A DNA stretch of 64,000 nt from an uncultured bacterium (GCA_965660855.1 CBFIBM010000001.1:288001-352000), one strand, 5' to 3'; shown: positions 9,954 through 21,175, counted from the stretch's first letter. Numbers and translations are program-made. The notes: generated by a model not told the origin, from the letters alone.

Positions 9954-11579
9954 ATGAAAATCAATTGTGTTTTTAAATCAATTGTGTTTTCAATCTGTTA
10001 TCTGTATTCACAACCAGATTCTCGCTTCAGGCCATTCGATTGGGTTCTTTATCATGGATCTGGAATAATTAATTCAATTTCCGAGGGATATAACTATGTT
10101 TATGTAGGTACTGAAAATGGTGGTTTGAAAAGATTTAATACATTTAGTTTGAATTTTGATGAGCCGATAACAATGGCCCAAGGTTTAAAAAGCAATAAAA
10201 TAAATGCAGTTCATTTCGATAAAGAAATGGGCTGTCTATGGGCTGCAACACCTAAGTTTTTAAATTATAGTTTTTCTCGTGAAGGTAATTGGTTCTCCAT
10301 CAGTTTAGAATCTTTAGGCTTAAGCAGGTACGAAAAAATAAAAAAAATTGGTTCTTCTACAGGTCATATTTGGTTAAAACTCAATTCCTCCTATATAAAG
10401 TTAAATCATACAAATGGATTCTTGATAGGCACTTATTCTAAACCTGATGAATTATCCATTGATTGGAGTAGTGGTCCTGTATCTTTTGATGCTAAAATTA
10501 AAAAAATATTATTGGAATTCTCATTTTCAGAAGGATGGTTATTTTTAGATAATAGTTTGATTGATAAGCTTGGTAGAAAATTTGATATAACGACATACTT
10601 CCATGCAAGACATGGAAATATCTTTCTGGGTTTAGAAAATGGAATTTTCTTCTATGGAACAGACGTTATGCAAATTTTTAATCCAATAAATCCTGATATT
10701 AATAATTTTGATATTTCAGCACTAGGAAATTTTGAAGATGAATTATTTTTAGGAAGTATTGATTATATTAATTCAAAATCAATTACGCAAATAGATACAT
10801 GGAATGAAAATAAAATATCATTCGACTTTGAAGAAACAATTAACATGACTCCTTTGCCTGTCTTTTCAATAAATGCTTCGAAAAATGAGCTTTGGGTTGG
10901 CGGGGAAGATCTAATGTTATTTTATGATAGAAAAAAAGATTTTTGGCGTACGTTTGGTTTAGAAACTGGGATGCCTTCCGGAAAGATTTTAGATATTAAT
11001 GTTGACAGCTCGTATGTTTGGATAGCTACATCTAGTGGACTAAGTAGAATGTCACGCAAAGATAAAAAAAATGATCTAGTTGGTTTTGAATATTTATTTT
11101 CTGGTATGCCAGTATATCAAGTTAAAAGCCAAAAAAATTTTTTATGGATTGGGGCGTGGTCTGGTATTTATTTATACTCTAAATTATCTCCCCAATTAAA
11201 AAATGGAATGGAGATAGGACAAAGATATTTTGATCAAAAAATTACTCATGTAACAGCCATTAAAGTATCCGATGACTTTGTTTATATTGTGGGTGACCTA
11301 GGTATCGTTAAATATGATTTTGAGTCTTCGGTTTGGGATTTGATATTTAATGCGGGAGTATATAAAAATAAAATGGTTTATAGTATTGATATAAATGGAA
11401 ATAATATTTTTATTGGAACCTCTGATGGAATTACAAAAATAAATGAAAAAACTGGTTTTGTTAAGGAATTTAATTTTCCATTTTTAGAACAGGTTAATGA
11501 TATAATAATTATTGATAATTATCTTTGGGCCGGAACAAATAGCGGACTTATAAAATTTAAATGGAAAACGAGTTTATGA
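9954..11579 (+). CDS. secreted beta-propeller repeat protein
   Basis: Signal peptide and repeated blades (VYVGTENGG, LWAAT, VWIATSSGL, LWAGTNSGL). Confidence 0.7.
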   Translation: MKINCVFKSIVFSICYLYSQPDSRFRPFDWVLYHGSGIINSISEGYNYVYVGTENGGLKRFNTFSLNFDEPITMAQGLKSNKINAVHFDKEMGCLWAATPKFLNYSFSREGNWFSISLESLGLSRYEKIKKIGSSTGHIWLKLNSSYIKLNHTNGFLIGTYSKPDELSIDWSSGPVSFDAKIKKILLEFSFSEGWLFLDNSLIDKLGRKFDITTYFHARHGNIFLGLENGIFFYGTDVMQIFNPINPDINNFDISALGNFEDELFLGSIDYINSKSITQIDTWNENKISFDFEETINMTPLPVFSINASKNELWVGGEDLMLFYDRKKDFWRTFGLETGMPSGKILDINVDSSYVWIATSSGLSRMSRKDKKNDLVGFEYLFSGMPVYQVKSQKNFLWIGAWSGIYLYSKLSPQLKNGMEIGQRYFDQKITHVTAIKVSDDFVYIVGDLGIVKYDFESSVWDLIFNAGVYKNKMVYSIDINGNNIFIGTSDGITKINEKTGFVKEFNFPFLEQVNDIIIIDNYLWAGTNSGLIKFKWKTSL

Positions 11580-12838
11580 GAACTATTTTACTAGTTATAT
11601 CCTTTCTTATTTTTATCAATGACACTATTCTTGCGCAAAACTTCAATTCAAAAAGCAAAAGAAAAAATAGTGTTGAAAAATATATTCTAGCGCCATTTGT
11701 AGAAGCGATTCATGAAGACTCAATTAAAATAGTTACCTTTGCAGAAATACCATATAGTTCACTACAATTTATTAAAAAAGGGACTAATTATATTGCAAAA
11801 TATCAAGTTACGATTTCACTTAAGCGTAAAAAGGGTGATAATATTTATAATAAGGTCTGGATTGATTCGATGGTGGTTCAAAGTTACGATGATTCTAGAT
11901 CAGTTTTTAAAAATTCAAAGCATCAATTTTCTGTTAATGTAAAAAATAATGGACATTATATCATTACATGTGAGTTGCAGGATTTAGATACTCGAAAAAA
12001 AGGTGTTTTAATAAAGGAAGTTGATTTACGTAAGTTTAGTAAAAAGCCTAATATCCTTAAACCTATATTTTTACTTGACCTTCAAGGTGATTGGGGGTTT
12101 GAAAAAGATAAAATACCAACTAAAGGAATTAGAGTTAGAGAAGTTGGTTTAGGAGTTGATATAATTCTTAATGGGTTTATAAATAGAACTGCGTATGAAA
12201 TTAATTTGTATGTCACTAATAATGAGTCAATGGATAGTTTAATTTATCATATGCTTGGTAATGGAAAAGATGGTTACTTTAATCATTCAGTCTTTGTTCC
12301 TTCAAAATATCTAGAAAATATAAAAAACAATTTCAAGGTATCAATAAAACAGGATGGTAAAGAGATTGATAGAGAATTTGTATTTGGTACGTTTAAATCA
12401 GGTATTGCTAGCTCGATAAATGATATTGATAATGCAATTAAGCAGATGAAATATCTTCTTTCAAAGGAAGAAGCTGATATGTTTAAATCTAAAAATAAAT
12501 TTGAACGTGAAGAATTGTTCAACCAAATCTGGAAAAAATTAGATCCAACACCTGAAAGTGATTATAATGAATTGATGGAAGAATATTTTAAAAGAGTAGA
12601 TTATACAAATGAACACTTTGATGGCTGGCAACCAGGTTGGAAGACAGATAGAGGGATGATTTATATCCTTTTTGGTGCTCCAGATCAAATCAATAGGTAT
12701 AATTCAACAAATAACATGAATAAAACTCGTCAAATATGGTATTATCAAAAAATAGCAAAAGAGTTCTCTTTTATTGACCAGAATGGGTTTGGAGACTACA
12801 GGCTCGAAAATCAATTTTTAACTAATTGGAATTTCTAA
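11576..12838 (+). CDS. GWxTD domain-containing protein
   Basis: WKKLDPTPES..NELMEEYFKRVDYTNEHF..GWKTDRGMIYILFGAPD; start placed at the ATGA overlap at 11576 (track start 11561). Confidence 0.88.
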   Translation: MRTILLVISFLIFINDTILAQNFNSKSKRKNSVEKYILAPFVEAIHEDSIKIVTFAEIPYSSLQFIKKGTNYIAKYQVTISLKRKKGDNIYNKVWIDSMVVQSYDDSRSVFKNSKHQFSVNVKNNGHYIITCELQDLDTRKKGVLIKEVDLRKFSKKPNILKPIFLLDLQGDWGFEKDKIPTKGIRVREVGLGVDIILNGFINRTAYEINLYVTNNESMDSLIYHMLGNGKDGYFNHSVFVPSKYLENIKNNFKVSIKQDGKEIDREFVFGTFKSGIASSINDIDNAIKQMKYLLSKEEADMFKSKNKFEREELFNQIWKKLDPTPESDYNELMEEYFKRVDYTNEHFDGWQPGWKTDRGMIYILFGAPDQINRYNSTNNMNKTRQIWYYQKIAKEFSFIDQNGFGDYRLENQFLTNWNF

Positions 12839-12899
12839 TTTTAAGTAATTTATTTAAACAAAATATTACTTAAATTCTCGTAATCATAAGATATTTTAT

Positions 12900-13925
12900 A
12901 TGGCATCAACAAATTTTTTAAATCTCATAAATTGGATCTCTGGAGATGTAGCTATTGACCTTGGTACAGCAAATACTTTGATATGGTTAAAAGGCCGTGG
13001 AATTGTTGTTAATGAACCTTCGATAGTTACTAGAAATGTTCACGATGATACAATAGTTGCCGTAGGTGATGAGGCAAAAGCAATGTTAGGTAAAACTCAT
13101 AGAGAGCTTGAAACAATAAGACCCTTGCAAGATGGTGTTATTGCTGACTTCAAAATGACAGATGGCATGCTTCAGGGGTTTATCCGAAAAATTAATTTAA
13201 ATCGCTTAGCAAGGCCTAGAATGGTTATTTGCGTTCCTTCAGGTGTTACCGAAGTTGAACGAAGAGCAGTTAAAGATTCTGGTGAGAGAGCGAATGCGAG
13301 AGAGGTCTATTTGATAGAGGAACCTGTGGCGGCAGCAATTGGAATAGGGCTAGATATAAGTAAGCCAATTGGAAATATAATAGTAGACATTGGAGGAGGC
13401 ACTACTGAAATAGCTGTCATATCTTTAAATGGTGTTGTAACTAAAGAGACTATAAGAATTGCCGGCGATGAAATGGATGAGGCTGTATTGCAATGGTTTA
13501 GAAACGAACATAAACTTGAAATAGGTCTTGGAATGAGTGAGAAAATCAAGAAGACTGTTGGGTCAGCAATGAAAATGAAATCTGCAGATATTGCAGTCAA
13601 GGGACGTGACTTGGTTTCTGGAATACCCAAAACAATCGAGGTTTCCTCAGATGAGGTTCGTCAAGCACTAAAAGATCCAGTAAATCAAATTGTAGAAGCT
13701 GTAAAAAGATGTCTTGAGCAAACACCTCCGGAACTAGCTGCTGATATTTTAGAGAGAGGTATTATTCTAGCTGGAGGAGGTAGTCTTTTAAAAGGAATTG
13801 ACCAAATAATTAGAGAAAGAACAAACGTACCCGTTAATGTATCTGAGGATCCATTACTTTCAGTTGTGAAGGGGACAGGCATGGTTTTAGAGAATTTAAA
13901 AAAATACGAAGCTGTCTTATTATAG
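12900..13925 (+). CDS. mreB: rod shape-determining protein MreB
   Basis: AIDLGTANT, VDIGGGTTE, AGGGSLL actin-like motifs. Confidence 0.97.
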   Translation: MASTNFLNLINWISGDVAIDLGTANTLIWLKGRGIVVNEPSIVTRNVHDDTIVAVGDEAKAMLGKTHRELETIRPLQDGVIADFKMTDGMLQGFIRKINLNRLARPRMVICVPSGVTEVERRAVKDSGERANAREVYLIEEPVAAAIGIGLDISKPIGNIIVDIGGGTTEIAVISLNGVVTKETIRIAGDEMDEAVLQWFRNEHKLEIGLGMSEKIKKTVGSAMKMKSADIAVKGRDLVSGIPKTIEVSSDEVRQALKDPVNQIVEAVKRCLEQTPPELAADILERGIILAGGGSLLKGIDQIIRERTNVPVNVSEDPLLSVVKGTGMVLENLKKYEAVLL

Positions 13926-13931
13926 AGGTAT

Positions 13932-14732
13932 ATGTACGGATTTTATCTTGTCATTGTTCGAAATAAAGATCATTTTTTATTTTTCCTAGCTTTAGTAATA
14001 TCATTATTACTCCTCTTAAGTAATGAAAATCCAAAAATGGGTGTTATAAGGGGAAAATCATCCGAGCTAATATCTTTTATCTCCTCTCCTGTAACATTTA
14101 TAAAGTCCTTAATGTATTTAGAAAAAAAGTCACAAGAGTTAAGAGAAAAAAATATCAAATTGACATTGAAAGTTGAGGCTATGTCAAACTTAAAAAATGA
14201 AAATATTGAATTACTCCGTATGCTCAACTATAAAAATCGTATGAATATATCTATGAAGCCTGCAAGAGTTGTAAATAAAGGTTTGCAACCTAACCTTTTG
14301 TCGATGGTTATTGATGCTGGTCTTCAAAATGGAATAAAAAAAAATCAAGCTGTTTTAACGCCATTAGGAGTTATTGGTAAAACTGTAGAAGTAGGAGAAA
14401 AAGCTTCTATTGTGCAATTAATTACAGACTCCAATTATAGACTAAGTGTTCGAATATTACCAAGTGGTGCAACTGGTATTCTAAGATTTTTAAAAGATGG
14501 TTTTGCTCAAATAAGAGAAGTCCAAAAAAATGTAAGTGTAAATATAGGCGATAAAGTTATTACTTCGGGTTTTAGTGATATTTATCCTCAAGGTTTACCT
14601 GTTGGTTCCGTATCAAGTGTATTGGATGATCGTGGTAGTTTTCAAAAAGTTGTTAATATACAATTACCAAATGATATGAATTCATTCCAAAATGTTTTTG
14701 TAATTATTGAGAATATAGATGAAATGGACTGA
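13932..14732 (+). CDS. mreC: rod shape-determining protein MreC
   Basis: TM helix plus coiled coil, TSGFSDIYPQGLPVG; follows mreB. Confidence 0.93.
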   Translation: MYGFYLVIVRNKDHFLFFLALVISLLLLLSNENPKMGVIRGKSSELISFISSPVTFIKSLMYLEKKSQELREKNIKLTLKVEAMSNLKNENIELLRMLNYKNRMNISMKPARVVNKGLQPNLLSMVIDAGLQNGIKKNQAVLTPLGVIGKTVEVGEKASIVQLITDSNYRLSVRILPSGATGILRFLKDGFAQIREVQKNVSVNIGDKVITSGFSDIYPQGLPVGSVSSVLDDRGSFQKVVNIQLPNDMNSFQNVFVIIENIDEMD

Positions 14733-15210
14733 TTATTTTCTTCCATGCGTTTTGGTATGGGTATCGCAGCTTTTATTTATTGATTTATTCGCAATAGGTA
14801 CAATTAGGCCTGATTTTTTATTAATTTTAATTCTTTATTTTTCAATTAGTAATGGTCGATTTACAGGAACGGCTCTTGGTTTTTCAATGGGTCTATTAGT
14901 AGATATTTCGGGTTCAGCTATTTTTTTTGGTTTATCACCATTGACTTATACAATTACTGGATATATCGCAGGTAATTTAAAAGGTTTATATCACAACATA
15001 AGCCCAATATATTTTATGATATTTTGGTTATTAATACTATTTTTTCATTTTTTCATTTTTTGCATTGTCCTCTATCAGGATATTTGGATTATAAATAAAA
15101 GTATGTTTTTTGCACGGTGGATTGGTACATCAATTTATACAATTTTATTTATTATGATTTTACAATTTTTATACCCTTTTAATAAATTGAAAAATGTTAA
15201 AAGCAGATAA
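14719..15210 (+). CDS. mreD: rod shape-determining protein MreD
   Basis: Hydrophobic, IRPDFLLI, GLLVD; lies between mreC and mrdA. Confidence 0.9.
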   Translation: MKWTDYFLPCVLVWVSQLLFIDLFAIGTIRPDFLLILILYFSISNGRFTGTALGFSMGLLVDISGSAIFFGLSPLTYTITGYIAGNLKGLYHNISPIYFMIFWLLILFFHFFIFCIVLYQDIWIINKSMFFARWIGTSIYTILFIMILQFLYPFNKLKNVKSR

Positions 15211-16960
15211 CTTAGTATCTTTTAAACAATATTTTTTTGTTGTAGTAGTTACTTGGAGTTTAATATTTATTCTTATCCTAAGATATTTCCAATTACAAAT
15301 TTTAGGCTATGACCAATACTCAAAGAAAGCAAATACAAACCGAATCAGAAAAGTTACTTTATCTGCCCCAAGAGGGTTGATATTAGATAGAAATAGACAA
15401 ATTTTAGTAGACAATCAGCCTACTTATATACTAAATACAATACCTGGTGAATTAAAAAATAAAAAAAAGACATTCAATTCAATTTACAAAACAATTGGAA
15501 TTGATACATTATTAGTTGAAAAAAATTATAAAAAATATTTTAGAGGTAAATTTATTCCAACCAGGTTAGCAAAGGATTTATCTTTTGTTCAAATTTCGAA
15601 GCTAGAGGAAAACAGAACTGACCTAAGAGGTTTATATTATCAACAATTTCCAGAAAGATATTTTCCCTCTGAAGCTAGATCTTCACATATTTTGGGCTAT
15701 GTAAAAGAAGTAGATAGAGAAATTAGAAATTCCCTTAAGGAACAAGATGATTACGAATTAGGAGATATTATTGGTTGGAGTGGTTTAGAGAAGAGCTATG
15801 AAGATTATTTAAAAGGAAAAAGAGGTGTTCAATTTTATCAAGTTGATGCATATGGAAGAGAGGCAGGGCTCATAGAGGATCTTAATCCCATATTACCAGA
15901 ACCAGGACAAAATATTTTAACAACCATTGATATTGATATTCAAAAAGTTATTGAAAAGCTGATGGTAGGTAAAAAAGGGGTAGTACTTGTTGGTATTCCA
16001 GAAACTGGCGAGATACTTGGTGCTGTAAGTGCACCAGATTTTGAACCTGATTTATTCACTGGTAGAATCTCTTCAAATGACTGGGGAGTCGTAATCAATG
16101 ATCCTGATAGGCCTTTGGTAAATAGATTTAATACAGGCTTGTACCCTCCTGGATCAATAATGAAAATGATTACTGAATTAGCTTTGCTACAAAACTCTGA
16201 GTTTGATCCAAATAAACCCTATAATTGTGAAGGCTCCTACCAGTTTGGAGATAGAGTATTTGGTTGTTGGAGTATTGAAGGGCATGGGGAAGTTGATCTT
16301 ACAAATGCTATCAGTCAGTCTTGTGATATATATTTTTATAAAACAATTAATAATTATGACTTAGATATATTATCAGAATTATTTAGTTCATTTGGTTTTG
16401 GAAACCCTGTAGGAATTGATATAGAAGGAGAATTAAAAGGTTTGATTCCAACTGTGGATTATATGAATAATCGATATGGAAAATCTGGTTGGAGTAAGGG
16501 CGCGCTATTAAATTTTTGTATTGGACAAGGAGAGATTTTAGTAACACCTATGCAAGTTTTTAATTATACTAATATTTTAGCTACCAAAGGAAAGTCCTTT
16601 CGACCTCATTTTGTAAAATTAAATGCATCAGTTCATAATAAATCCATGGACATAGAACCTAAACATTGGAATAGAATTGTTTCTGACATGGAACAGGTGG
16701 TTATGAATTCTAGCGGTACGGGTAAAAGTGCAAATCCATTGATTAAAAATCTTAAGGTTTTTGGTAAAACTGGAACTGCCGAAAATCCACATGGTAATGA
16801 TCATGCCTGGTTTATTGGATGGATGGAGAAATATGATAAAAAATTTTCAGTTGTTGTTTTACATGAAAATGGTGGTTCAGGTGGAAGTATTGCTGCTCCT
16901 GTTGCAAAAAATATTTTTACTGAGTTGAACAAACTTGTTGTAAAAAGAGACCAAATATGA
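15194..16960 (+). CDS. mrdA: penicillin-binding protein 2
   Basis: APRGLILDRN; SxxK (GSIMK), SCD, KTGTAE motifs. Confidence 0.95.
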   Translation: MLKADNLVSFKQYFFVVVVTWSLIFILILRYFQLQILGYDQYSKKANTNRIRKVTLSAPRGLILDRNRQILVDNQPTYILNTIPGELKNKKKTFNSIYKTIGIDTLLVEKNYKKYFRGKFIPTRLAKDLSFVQISKLEENRTDLRGLYYQQFPERYFPSEARSSHILGYVKEVDREIRNSLKEQDDYELGDIIGWSGLEKSYEDYLKGKRGVQFYQVDAYGREAGLIEDLNPILPEPGQNILTTIDIDIQKVIEKLMVGKKGVVLVGIPETGEILGAVSAPDFEPDLFTGRISSNDWGVVINDPDRPLVNRFNTGLYPPGSIMKMITELALLQNSEFDPNKPYNCEGSYQFGDRVFGCWSIEGHGEVDLTNAISQSCDIYFYKTINNYDLDILSELFSSFGFGNPVGIDIEGELKGLIPTVDYMNNRYGKSGWSKGALLNFCIGQGEILVTPMQVFNYTNILATKGKSFRPHFVKLNASVHNKSMDIEPKHWNRIVSDMEQVVMNSSGTGKSANPLIKNLKVFGKTGTAENPHGNDHAWFIGWMEKYDKKFSVVVLHENGGSGGSIAAPVAKNIFTELNKLVVKRDQI

Positions 16961-18186
16961 TTCAAAACAAAAATTTTTCGTACTCTGAGTTACCATTTAA
17001 AATAATATGGTCTGTATTATTTTTATCTTTTATTGGACTAGTTATTCTTTATAGCATATCTCAGAACTATGAAGGTCCCGTTTCATCAAACCCATTTATA
17101 AAACAATTAATGTTTTTAATACCTGCTTTGATATTTGCATTCTTTTTTATACATCTACCAAGGTATACCATACATAAATATTCATATGCTTTTTATTTTA
17201 TTGGAATATTTATTGTTATTATTCCATTTTTTAGTAGTCCACATGCTGGAACCCATAGATGGATAAATATAGGATTACCTTTTTCAATTCAGCCATCTGA
17301 GTTTGCAAAAATATTTACAACAATTGCACTTGCAAGGTATCTATCTGATAATACGTTGCATATGAAAAAGTTTACATCCGTTATTCTTCCAATTGGCCTA
17401 GCATTAATTCCTACAATAATTGTATTAAACCAACCAGATTTAGGAACTTCTATCGTAATGATGACACCAATTTTACCTATGTTATACTGGGCTGGTGCAA
17501 GACCTTTTTATTTGTTTTTAATGTTGGCACCTATATTTAGTATGCTTACGGCTTTTAATACCTTAGTTTTTAGCATATGGGCTTTATTTTTGGGTTTATT
17601 CATAGTTATGGCAAGACCTGTTTTATTTATTTCATTAATATTATTTTTCGGAAATATTTTCTTAGGCCTACTTTCCCCATTAGTATGGAATTCGCTGTCC
17701 ACATATCAACAAAATAGAATTTTAACCTTCATTAATCCTGAAAAAGATCCCTTGGGTGCAGCATATCAAATTATACAAAGTAAAACAGCTATTGGATCTG
17801 GTGGTTTATTTGGAAAAGGTTGGGGAGAGGGTACTCAAACACACTTGAAGTTCCTTCCAGTTCAAGAATCTGATTTCATATTATCCGTGCTTGGTGAAGA
17901 AATGGGTTTTGTATTAATCCTTGCTGTATTACTAACCGTAGGATTTATGATATCCCAAATCTTAAAAAGCTCTTTTGAGTCCAAAGATAGGTTCTCCAGC
18001 TTAGCTCTTATTGGAATTGCTACTATTCTTTTAGCTCATGTTTTTGTTAATACTGCGATGACTGTAGGCCTTATTCCGGTTAAAGGTTTGCCTTTTCCTT
18101 TCATTTCCGCTGGTGGATCTTTTTTGTTTACTTCTTTTATCATGATAGGCTTGGTTTCAAAACTTTCAATTAATTATACAGATTGA
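16957..18186 (+). CDS. rodA: rod shape-determining protein RodA (SEDS glycosyltransferase)
   Basis: IQPSEFAK, QPDLGT, AIGSGG, LPVQESDFI, GLPFPFISAGGS. Confidence 0.95.
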   Translation: MIQNKNFSYSELPFKIIWSVLFLSFIGLVILYSISQNYEGPVSSNPFIKQLMFLIPALIFAFFFIHLPRYTIHKYSYAFYFIGIFIVIIPFFSSPHAGTHRWINIGLPFSIQPSEFAKIFTTIALARYLSDNTLHMKKFTSVILPIGLALIPTIIVLNQPDLGTSIVMMTPILPMLYWAGARPFYLFLMLAPIFSMLTAFNTLVFSIWALFLGLFIVMARPVLFISLILFFGNIFLGLLSPLVWNSLSTYQQNRILTFINPEKDPLGAAYQIIQSKTAIGSGGLFGKGWGEGTQTHLKFLPVQESDFILSVLGEEMGFVLILAVLLTVGFMISQILKSSFESKDRFSSLALIGIATILLAHVFVNTAMTVGLIPVKGLPFPFISAGGSFLFTSFIMIGLVSKLSINYTD

Positions 18187-18258
18187 TAAACTTATTTGAT
18201 GAACATCTCTATGGAGATAAATTCAAATATTATAAATAGGAGGTTTTTCGTATTTACA

Positions 18259-19077
18259 ATGAATAATTATAAATGTTTTTTTCAAATAATCCCATTTTTC
18301 CTACTTTTAATAAGTGTCTCCTTTGGTCAAACAAAAGATTCGTCCAGAGAACTCAAGCGATTAAATGCTAAAATAGATAGAGTCAGGGTTATGGTTGACT
18401 CACTAGAGCTAGATAATCAGATTCTTCTTCCTGAATTGATGAGTGCATTTAAACAAGCAGTGAAAAGTAAAGCTCAGCAAGATTCGATAACCTTAGTTCT
18501 TTTAAAAAGAATCAATACCCTTAGTAATAAAATTTCAAAACTTGAAAACCAATCAAGATACATGGATAGTACAAGTCTTGAAATTTTCAACAAACTTGTA
18601 CTTGTTGATAATAAAATTGTCACACTAACCAATAGTTATAATGAAATGGCTAAATTGAAATCAGGAAACCCAATATCATCAGAGCCAAAATTTAATAGTG
18701 CAGAATATAAAAATACTTACATGGAGAGTTTGTCGCATTTTCAAAATCAAGAGTTTGCAGATGCTATAATAGGTTTTGAGAAATTAGTTTCTGCTGATGC
18801 TACAAATGACCTTGCAGATAATAGTCAATACTGGCTTGCTGAGTGTTTTTACTCCCAAAAAGATTTTAAGCGTGCCATCATTGAATTCGAAAAAGTCTTT
18901 ACCTATGCAGGAACAGATAAAGATGACGACGCTCAATTGAAGATTGGTTTATCTTACCAAAGTATCGGTAATGTAAATAAAGCTAAAGAAGAATTTCAAA
19001 GACTAGTCGATTATTTTCCTGGAAGTGAATACTATCCAAAAGCTAAAGAAGCACTTAAACAACTTTCCCTAAACTAG
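18259..19077 (+). CDS. CpoB/YbgF-like periplasmic coiled-coil + TPR protein
   Basis: Signal peptide, coiled coil, C-terminal TPR (LADNSQYWLAECFY..DAQLKIG..LVDYFPGS); ATG at 18259 preferred over the track TTG at 18196. Confidence 0.75.
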   Translation: MNNYKCFFQIIPFFLLLISVSFGQTKDSSRELKRLNAKIDRVRVMVDSLELDNQILLPELMSAFKQAVKSKAQQDSITLVLLKRINTLSNKISKLENQSRYMDSTSLEIFNKLVLVDNKIVTLTNSYNEMAKLKSGNPISSEPKFNSAEYKNTYMESLSHFQNQEFADAIIGFEKLVSADATNDLADNSQYWLAECFYSQKDFKRAIIEFEKVFTYAGTDKDDDAQLKIGLSYQSIGNVNKAKEEFQRLVDYFPGSEYYPKAKEALKQLSLN

Positions 19078-19094
19078 AATACCCACGGACTAAA

Positions 19095-19925
19095 ATGTCA
19101 AAAAAACTTTATTTTCTAACAACGGAAATCATTCCATTTGCTGATGTGTCCTCTTTAGCACAGTTCTCAACAAAAATTCCCTTAGCGTTACAAGAAAAAG
19201 GGCATGATATTAGGACTATCATCCCAAAATATGGATATGTTAGCGAAAGAAAGTATATCTTGCGAGAGGTGATTAGATTAAGAGAAATCCCCTTTGAATT
19301 TAATGGCGAAGAGAGAATTGCAAGTGCTAAGAGCGCGTTTATACCTAAAACAAGAGTTCAAGTTTATTTTTTAGAGGATGAAGAATGGTTTAAACCGCTA
19401 ACAAATTTAATTTATAAAGCAAAAAATGGCAGAGTTTTGGCGGATAATGGTCAACGATATGCATACTTTGCAAAAGCTGTATTGAGTACTTTGCCACATT
19501 TATTTTGGTCACCGGATATATTTATTTGTAATGGATGGCAAAGTGCTATGGTTCCAGGGATGTTTAATAGGCACTTTGAAGGTATTAGTGATTTCTATAA
19601 TGACATAAAAACTATAATGATTATTCATGATTTAGATGAGTATTCTACCGTTTCTCGCAATGATTTAGAAAAAGCTGAATTACCAGTGCATAAATCACTA
19701 AAAGGTGATGATTTAGATCTTTATGATGTTGCATCTTATGAGGTTGATGCAATTATAATTATGGATAAACCTTCAAAATGTATTTCAAAAACCTTGCTTA
19801 AGCAGCAAGGTTTAAAAGCTAATAAAAGTAAAGTTTCAGTTCTTAGCTATTCTGATGATGAATTTCCTAACTATTTAGAATTAGGAAATGAAGTTGAAGA
19901 AGTTTTAAAGAAACTTTCAGAATAA
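19095..19925 (+). CDS. glycogen/starch synthase N-terminal domain-only protein (GT5-like)
   Basis: EIIPF, GHDIRTIIPKYG, DNGQRYAYFAK, PDIFICNGW; only 276 aa, no C-terminal GT-B domain. Confidence 0.8.
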   Translation: MSKKLYFLTTEIIPFADVSSLAQFSTKIPLALQEKGHDIRTIIPKYGYVSERKYILREVIRLREIPFEFNGEERIASAKSAFIPKTRVQVYFLEDEEWFKPLTNLIYKAKNGRVLADNGQRYAYFAKAVLSTLPHLFWSPDIFICNGWQSAMVPGMFNRHFEGISDFYNDIKTIMIIHDLDEYSTVSRNDLEKAELPVHKSLKGDDLDLYDVASYEVDAIIIMDKPSKCISKTLLKQQGLKANKSKVSVLSYSDDEFPNYLELGNEVEEVLKKLSE

Positions 19926-19942
19926 AATTTAGTTATTAAAAT

Positions 19943-21175
19943 ATGAAAGTAATTTGTTTTAATTGGCTATTAAGTCTATCCTTTATATTTCTAACAATAT
20001 TAAGTTTGAATTGTTCTGATGATCCTGTCTTGTCATCGCTTGATAATTCGTTACTTCAATTGGATACACTCTCCATCAGTAGTATTGATATTGAAAATTA
20101 TACGGTATACCCTAATATTGGTCTTAATAGTAAGTTATATTTAGGAACAAAAAATCATATAGAGGCCCCATATATCTTTATAAAAATGACTAACCCGAGT
20201 CCTGTTAATTACTGGGATATATTAAATGATACCAATGTAACTATAGATAGTATTAGGTTTATGGTATTCTCTGAAGATAGCACCTTAAGTGAAAACTCTT
20301 TTCCTAACTTGTATTATTCTCCAGATTCACATTTCAATGAAAACACTAGTACTTATCTAGATTTTGAAAACTTTTCATTTCCAAATTGGTTAGATATAGG
20401 CGCACCTTCATTAATAGAAGAGCTTGATGACTCTAGTAACTTTATTAATGCTAAACTAGTTTGGTCCTTGGATAGCTTTAAAACTGCATTCTATGATACG
20501 TTAGATTCAAATTTTACAAGAACTTTTGGAATGCAATTTCCTTCATCTGATTCAAATTTCATTCAATTATATAGCGAAGAGGCAGGGTATCAAACCACAG
20601 ATCCAAAAGTTCTTATTTATTATCGATTTGAAACAATAAGTAATGATACTATCTTATTGGATACAACCTTTAGGACTATTTATTCTGCAAGCGATATCTC
20701 TATAATCAAATTAAATCAGAATTTGGTTGATACTACTAAAATTTGTATCAGTAATGGACTAGGACAAAGAGCAAAAGTTTATGCTTCAATTTCTGGTGAA
20801 TTACTTCCTAGCGGATCTCTGGTAAAATCTGCAAATTTAATCTTACCGATAGATAGTATAAAAAGTGAAATTAACTATAGATTAATACTAGATCCAATTA
20901 AGATTGATTCATCTAATTCTGATCCTTATAATATTTATCTAGAAGACCCGTATGAATCGTATGGCTTCCCATACAGAATCTCAAATTTGACAACAGATTC
21001 TACTTTTACTGTCTCAATTAAAGAATATATACAAAATCTGTTACTTGATAACGTTAGTAGCTTAGGATTTAAAATTATTGCAGATGAAAATAATGACCCT
21101 TTTGAATCTACCTGGCTAAAAATTTCTGAAAATACCATTAAACCTAAAATAAAAATTATTTATGTTAAAAATTAA
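19943..21175 (+). CDS. acidic beta-rich lipoprotein (possibly DUF4270-like)
   Basis: Lipobox-like SLNC followed by SDDP; C-terminal KPKIKIIY; sits after the GT5 half-enzyme. Confidence 0.55.
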   Translation: MKVICFNWLLSLSFIFLTILSLNCSDDPVLSSLDNSLLQLDTLSISSIDIENYTVYPNIGLNSKLYLGTKNHIEAPYIFIKMTNPSPVNYWDILNDTNVTIDSIRFMVFSEDSTLSENSFPNLYYSPDSHFNENTSTYLDFENFSFPNWLDIGAPSLIEELDDSSNFINAKLVWSLDSFKTAFYDTLDSNFTRTFGMQFPSSDSNFIQLYSEEAGYQTTDPKVLIYYRFETISNDTILLDTTFRTIYSASDISIIKLNQNLVDTTKICISNGLGQRAKVYASISGELLPSGSLVKSANLILPIDSIKSEINYRLILDPIKIDSSNSDPYNIYLEDPYESYGFPYRISNLTTDSTFTVSIKEYIQNLLLDNVSSLGFKIIADENNDPFESTWLKISENTIKPKIKIIYVKN

